64,000 bases of DNA from Eledone cirrhosa (lineage: Eukaryota). The DNA is taken from assembly GCA_964016885.1 (NCBI GenBank), contig OZ024748.1, positions 52,762,001 through 52,826,000 of the forward strand. Direction: 5' to 3'. Positions 57,395 through 64,000 of this stretch are shown here, in pieces. The notes under the pieces were generated by a model. It searched no databases and had not been told where the DNA came from. It saw nothing but the letters and a program-made list of their open reading frames with translations. The position numbers and the translations under genes were made by a program. Numbering within the stretch: position 1 is the first letter of the stretch; every line of letters starts with the position of its first letter.

Positions 57395-57529
57395 TATAAG
57401 TACATATATATTTATGTGTCTGTGTGTGTATATATATATACATATGTGTGTGTAAGTACATATATATGTGTCTGTGTGTGTGTATATATATAAGTATATA
57501 TATATACATATATGTGTGTGTCTATGTGA

Positions 57530-57590
<61 letters not shown>

Positions 57591-58029
57591 ACAATAATAA
57601 TAATAACAGCTATAACATAACAAATAAAATATAAAAAACAAATAAGATAAAAGCCAGTTAGTTGATAGCTAATCCAATAAATTAAATTTAGTTTGAAGAA
57701 GGATTAACTCGCTGAGTTACACATTAGGATTATGTTAACATTAGATTATTAGTGCTTTATAGAAGTAGCCTAATTGCTTTATTAATAAATGTGTTTACAT
57801 GTCAGCTATGTCATCCTCTTTAATTAATATGAAAGGATTTTAACTGGTTGAGTAAACAAGACCCTGTTGACTGAAACACTTCTTCCTTCTTGGTGGTAGT
57901 CTGTGAGTCTAAACAGTTTAAGTCTAAACAGTTTAGTTGAAGAAGATTTGTTAATATATTCAGGGTAGATTTGCTAGTCCCCTCAATATGATAGCTCGAC
58001 AAGATCCCAGACTTCATTCACTTGCCGAA

Positions 58030-58245
58030 TGGCATGGGCCTCATCGAATTGGACCAAGGAAACAATGTTTCCATTGGTCTTTCCATTGTTGATACTATCT
58101 CCTGGTTGCAGCCCCTGGCAGAAGGATCAATGTGAAATAAAGTGTCTTGCTGAAGGACACAACACATCACCTAGTCCAAGAATTGAACTCACAACCTCAC
58201 GATTGCGAATCTAACTCTCTAACCACTAAGCCACTTGCCTTCATT
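58030..58245 (-). mobile_element. tRNA/CORE-like SINE variant (family C)
   Basis: Reverse-complement homolog of the 49530 copy. Confidence 0.75.
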
Positions 58246-58789
58246 GCCAGTCCCCTAATCATTGAAAACAATGTGACTTATCTTTTCTAATGGATTACCA
58301 TATTTTTAATGAAAGATGCCGCCAAAGATGTTAATATAATTAACTTTCTGAGTATTAAATTGATATTTTGTGTACATCTTAATAAAGGTTCTTACAAACA
58401 TTATGGTCGAAAGTTTTGTAGATAAATATAAATATGGTAACCCTTTATTATCATATTTCTAATGATTTTCAAATAATTTGGAAAATAATCTAGAATTTAG
58501 TAGAATTTAGTAATATAACTAACTTTGTCGAGTTGTGACTTCTGACCTCACTTTAACTTCAGAGCATCTTCGTCCAGTGGCTGTTGGGGTTCCACAAATT
58601 AGGAAGTCTTTCTTTGGTTGCAACTGTTTCCCTTGAACTTTGGAACTCTCTTCTATTTCAGTGTTTTTCTCCTTGAACAGTTTCAAGTCTAAAGTAAATC
58701 CATTCCTTTAATTATAACCCCTCATTCATCATAGTCCCTTTCACTATGTGGCTTCATACCTTTTTGGGGGAGTTTCATGAGAAAAAAAG

Positions 58790-59044
58790 AAAAGTTGGTG
58801 TTTGGAACATAACCTTCACAAAGGTTCATATATAAAATTATAAAGGAATATTTCTAGATAAATAAAAACACTTTAAAATAAACAGCTTAGTATCATAGAA
58901 CCAGGAGATGTTCCAGCTGGTTTCGTATCAAAAGGGTTAACCCTTTAACATTTAAACCAGCCGTATCCGTCCAGGATTTTCTCACCTCTTCTGTTCAAAC
59001 CGGCTGTAACCAGCCACTCATATTTATGTTAATAAGGTTAATAA
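58790..59044. mobile_element. piggyBac-like non-autonomous element ends joined at TTAA
   Basis: ...gtatcaaaagggTTAAccctttaacatttaaacc...; homologous pieces at about 21520-21620 and 55260-55410. Confidence 0.6.
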
Positions 59045-59045
59045 T

Positions 59046-59470
59046 GTTACTGGACCGAGATCTTTGGCGCTACACAGTAATAGAGAAGACCCGCCTTGCC
59101 TAAGTACAAAGTGAAACCTACAGTCAGTAGGCACCTCTAACAAAAATACACCCCCGTCCCACTACCCCCACCCCATCCACACCACCCCTTCCAATGAAAA
59201 GTTATGTTGGTACCACAACATCCAGTCCGAAACAAATGAGGTCGTGTAGGTGTAACGACAAAAAAACACACAGTCCACGCTGTAATGTGGCCATGTAGGT
59301 AACAGGGTAAAAACCTCCCAGTCCACACTGTAAACGTGGTTGGTGTTAGGAAGGGCATCCAGCTGTAGAAAACCTGCCAGACAGTCCTATGAGAGCAAGA
59401 CAACCAATCTTGCCTCAAGTGGGAAAATTCCCGTCCAAACCCATGCTAGCGTGGAAGATGGACGTTAAAC

Positions 59471-59515
<45 letters not shown>
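59046..59515 (+). mobile_element. RTE LINE 3' end (end of ORF plus 3' UTR plus (GAT)n)
   Basis: Highly similar to the reverse complement of 61421-61862. Confidence 0.88.
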
Positions 59516-59516
<1 letters not shown>

Positions 59517-59686
59517 GTATATAGCAAAGGTAACATTCTTTGAATAATTTGATATTTCACTTCCTTGAAACATGAGTAAAGAAATAAAAATGATTTTAAA
59601 GCTAATTTTTCTATCTATATATGCATATACATACATACATACACACATGCATACACATACCTATACATAAACATACATATAAATAG

Positions 59687-59722
<36 letters not shown>

Positions 59723-60063
59723 GAATCTACTTTGTATGTGTAGACACATATGCATTACTGTAAGCTGCAAGTATGGAGTGATGCTAACTTGGTGCAGTTA
59801 TAAGCTTCCTGGTGTGTTTTTTCATCAAGGTTTTCCCAAAGGATTTATCCATTGTCTACTTAAAGGAGTTGTCTCTGTATTTCTATACAAGTACAGTTAA
59901 ATGACATAACATGGACCTCCCAGGAAGCTGAAGGGTTGTGTGGAGATTGAGGGAAGGAAGGAGAATTTCTGTTGACATTTATGTGTATGAGCATGTGTGT
60001 ATATCTAAATATGTATATATGTTTATATAGATATACTGTATATATATATATATACTGTATATG

Positions 60064-60096
<33 letters not shown>

Positions 60097-60249
60097 GGGG
60101 AGAGTATATATATACATATGCATGCATATGTGTGAATATAGGATATCTATTAGTAAACTAGTATATTAATGATAAGCATAAATATACATCTGCACTAAAC
60201 TTGTACTTGTAAACCAACATTAATATATACACACACACACACACACACC

Positions 60250-60284
<35 letters not shown>

Positions 60285-60339
60285 AATGGATGCATATGTA
60301 CATACACACATACTTGCATACATTCATATATATATATTT

Positions 60340-60668
60340 TCATTTTTCATTTCATTTTACATCCGCTTTTTCCCTGCTTGCAAGGGTGGGACAGGAACTG
60401 ATTCTGGCTTGATTTCTACAGCTGGATGCCCTTCCTAACACCAACCTCATTTACAGTGAGTGCTGGGTGCTTTTTTGGCGTGGCACCTCCACGACCACTT
60501 TGCAGTGGAATGATAGGGACCCCAGTCCCTATCATCTCATTTCTACAGTGAGTAAACTGGAGCAATGTGAAATAAAGTGTCTTGCTCAAGGAAAAAACAC
60601 ATCACCCGGTCTGAGAATTGAACTCACAACCTTCCGATTGCAAGGCCAATGCTCTAACCACTAAGCCA
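60340..60668 (-). mobile_element. SINE family B
   Basis: Reverse complement of the full-length family B consensus. Confidence 0.9.
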
Positions 60669-61124
60669 TATATATTATATATATACACACACATGTATAT
60701 ACACACACACACGTATGTACATACATATACAGGTGTAGATTTACTCACCCTTACCCAACCACTGGCTTACACTTACATGATGAGACAGGCAGGTTCACAA
60801 AACATCACTGAAGTGAAAGTTACAGTAAAGGTAGTTTGGTACATCTTATATGCACCTCTTTGTTCATATTATTCAACAAAGGAAGGTTCAGACTTAACGA
60901 AGAAACCAGATGCTTTTATTGCATTTTGATTATAGGTTTTATACCTGTAATCTAGTAACCAACAAAGGTGTGATGTTTTTACCTTTAACCTCTGGTTCAC
61001 CTGGTTGCATTAACGTTAGTGAGCATTTGAAGAGGTAACCTTGAGGTAAACCCAATGAGAAACACTCCTCACTCACTTTCTGACAAGGGAAGAGCATAAA
61101 TATATAAATATGTATATATATATA

Positions 61125-61167
<43 letters not shown>

Positions 61168-61218
61168 CACACACACAAATATATATATGTGTATACACAC
61201 GCACATACACACACACAA

Positions 61219-61249
<31 letters not shown>

Positions 61250-61330
61250 AATATATATATATGTATACACACGCACACACACACACAGATATATATATAT
61301 GTATACACACGCACATACACACACACACAA

Positions 61331-61362
<32 letters not shown>

Positions 61363-61420
61363 CAAATATATATATATGTATACACTCGCACATACACACA
61401 CACACACACACACAAATATA

Positions 61421-62565
61421 TCATCATCATCATCGTTTAACGTCCGTGTTCCATGCTTGCATGGGTTTGGACGGGAGTTTTCCCACTTGAGGCAAGAGTG
61501 GTTGTCTTGCTCGCATAGGACTGTCTGGCGGGTTTTCTACGGGCTGGATGCCCTTCGTAACACCAACCACATTACAGTGTGGAACTGGGAGGTTTTTACC
61601 GTGTTGCCTACACGCCACATTACAGCGTGGACTGTGTGTTTTTTTGTTTGTGACACCTACACGACCTCATTTGTTTCGGCCTGGATGTTGTGGGGACCAA
61701 CATAACTTTACATGAAAGGGGTGGTTTGGATGGGGTGGAGGTAGTGGGACGGGGGTGTATTTTGTTAGAGATGCCTACTGACTGTAGTAAAGTTTCACTT
61801 TGCACTTAGGTAAGGCGGGTCTTCTCTATTACTGTGTAGCGCCAAAGGTCTCGGTCCAGTGACAACGTCTTGGAGAGGTGTAAGTGTGTGAGATCGGAAT
61901 TTATCAAGTCGTCCCAGGTTTTTCTCGGTCTGCTACTCCGTGGCTACCGTCTATTTTTATTGCCCTGCACTTTTTTATACAGCTGTCGTCTTTCATGCGC
62001 ATCACGTGACCATACCAACGTAGCCTTCTCTCGAGTAAACAACATCTGATCCTCTTATTCTAATTTCTCCCTTAGTTCGTTATGCTTTGCCGTTCACATA
62101 TATTACTATTACACATCCAGCGGAGCATGCAAGCTTCGTTCCTCTCTAGTCTGCGTATATCCTCTGCACACAATGCCCAGGTCTCACTGCCATGTAACAT
62201 TGCTGTTCGTATGCAGGCATCATACAGCCTGCTTTTCATTTTTAGGGAGAACCCTTTAGCGGCCAATAGTGGTATAAGCTCTCTGAACTTTTCCATCCAG
62301 TTCTGACTCTAGCTACTGTACTTTCAGAGCACCCTCCCCCACTGCTGATTTTGTCACCCAGGTAACGTAAGCTGTCCACTATTTCTATAGAACCATCTGT
62401 GCAATGGAATGAGTTAGTATTCTTTGGCACTTGCTGCCACTTATTGCACCAGAGCACTGTCCACATATAAAATCTATATTCTTAGTTAGCTTACCTGTGA
62501 TCCCACTACATCTTTTATGTACCCATACTTTGCATTTGGAACATAAAATGGAGTTTCTATCTATA
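61421..62565 (-). mobile_element. 5'-truncated, frameshifted RTE LINE
   Basis: NSILCSKCKVWVHKRCSGI...; EIVDSLRYLGDKISSGGGC..S..ARVRTGW; KFREL.PLL...RLYDACIRTAMLHGSETW...LERNEACMLRWMC; 3' UTR and (GAT)n tail. Confidence 0.92.
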
Positions 62566-62846
62566 CAAGTGTCTTGCTCAAGGAAACAACACATCACCCG
62601 GTCTGAGTGATGTGTTGTTTCTTTGAGCAAGACAGTTTATTTCACATTGCTCAATTTACTCTATATATATATATATACATTGAAATCTACCTATTTATGG
62701 TAGGACTAACTATGTTAGAATTCCATGCAGTTTTGAAGAGATAATTTCTATCAGATCATGCCCGTGAGAACTATAATTTTTGTAGTAGGTTTCAGCACAC
62801 AAGCTTCCATCAAAGATTCTATTGAGCTACAGAGCTACAGCTATAT

Positions 62847-62899
<53 letters not shown>

Positions 62900-63009
62900 A
62901 CACACCCATACATGTGTATGAATAAAGGATATATATTTGTAAACTAGTATATTAATGGTAAGTATATATGTACATCTGCCATAAACTTGTTCTTATATAC
63001 CACATGAAT

Positions 63010-63352
63010 TGGAGCACATGGCTTCGTTGTTAGAGCATTGGCCTTGCAATCGAAAGGTTGTGAGTCAATTCTCAGACCGGGTGATGTGTATTTCCTTGAG
63101 CAAGACACTTTATTTCACATTGCTCCAGTTTACTCAGCTGTAGAAATGAGATGATAGGGACTGGGGTCTATATCGTTCCACTGTAAAGCGGTCGTGGAGG
63201 TGCCACGGCAAAAAAGCACCCAGCACTCACTGTAAATGAGGTTGGCGTTAGGAAGGGCATCCAGCTGTAGAAATCAAGTCAGAATCAGTTCCCGTCCCAC
63301 CCTTGCAAGCAGGGAAAAGCGGACGTAAAATGAAATGATGATGAAATGATGA
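63010..63352 (+). mobile_element. SINE family B
   Basis: Full-length copy. Confidence 0.9.
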
Positions 63353-63366
63353 TTCATACATACATA

Positions 63367-63406
<40 letters not shown>

Positions 63407-63499
63407 GATACATATATACATACACATACTTGCATAAATTCATATATTTACACACACACACATATACATCAACACTGCGATCACTACTACCAGGACATC

Positions 63500-63700
63500 A
63501 TCATCATCATCAACATCAACATCATCCTCTCATGGTTCATACTGGTCTCTCCATCATCACATCACTCCGCTCATTGCTCATTGTCCTTAGTCCTCTCCTC
63601 TGTGAACTTCAGTGATTCAAGATTAGTTCTCACAAATTCTGTTCAGATCACCTTTGGTCTTCCTCTACTGCAGCTTCCTTCCACTTTCAAATCAAATCCT
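63500..63700 (-). mobile_element. Decayed RTE 3' end
   Basis: Minus strand VEGSCSRGRPK motif, with a (GAT)n tail beyond it on that strand. Confidence 0.55.
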
Positions 63701-64000
63701 TTTAACCTATGTAGTGCTAAATAATTTCTTGAGACACTAATTGTTTTTCTCCCTAACCTACATTCCTCTTATGTCTTAAGGTCGCCATCTTAAATCACTT
63801 CATTGAAAAACCAAAAATATCAATATTTATTTTTGAATTGTTTTTTTGAAATTAATTTTCTTAAATTTTGACTTTCTCATAAATTTTAAATTTAACACTT
63901 CCGCTTAATTCACCAATTCTTGTACAATCTAAGACAAAATATCATTTATATTTTCTTACTTCCATTCATTTCTTTCTTCTTTCTTTCTTGTTTTTATGGT

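Noticed and set aside
58523-58690. Possible minus-strand exon (DLKLFKEKNTEIEESSKVQGKQLQPKKDF...)
   Set aside because: Short, weak acceptor and no recognisable homology.

Overview
AT-rich, extremely repeat-dense animal genomic DNA. The SINE families, RTE/CR1/R4 LINE remnants and microsatellite load point to an octopod cephalopod; this is inference from recognised repeat sequences. No host protein-coding gene can be supported, and almost all long ORFs in the track are translations of simple repeats. The window holds two abundant tRNA-derived SINE families, 3' fragments of RTE, CR1 and R4/Dong LINEs, a complete non-autonomous Helitron, a Tc1/mariner-like MITE, piggyBac-like ends and many mini- and microsatellites, including a 4.3-kb 27-bp array. 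The most notable signal is a set of type I hammerhead ribozymes (CUGAUGA...GAAA...GUH with paired helices I-III). Two loci carry back-to-back inverted ribozyme pairs inside palindromes (13.1 kb and 38.3 kb), one solo copy is at 32.4 kb, and several minimal or decayed copies occur elsewhere. A small co-varying stem-loop lies downstream of several of them. These are best explained as Penelope-like retroelement or retrozyme terminal repeats, none of which carries its own ORF here.
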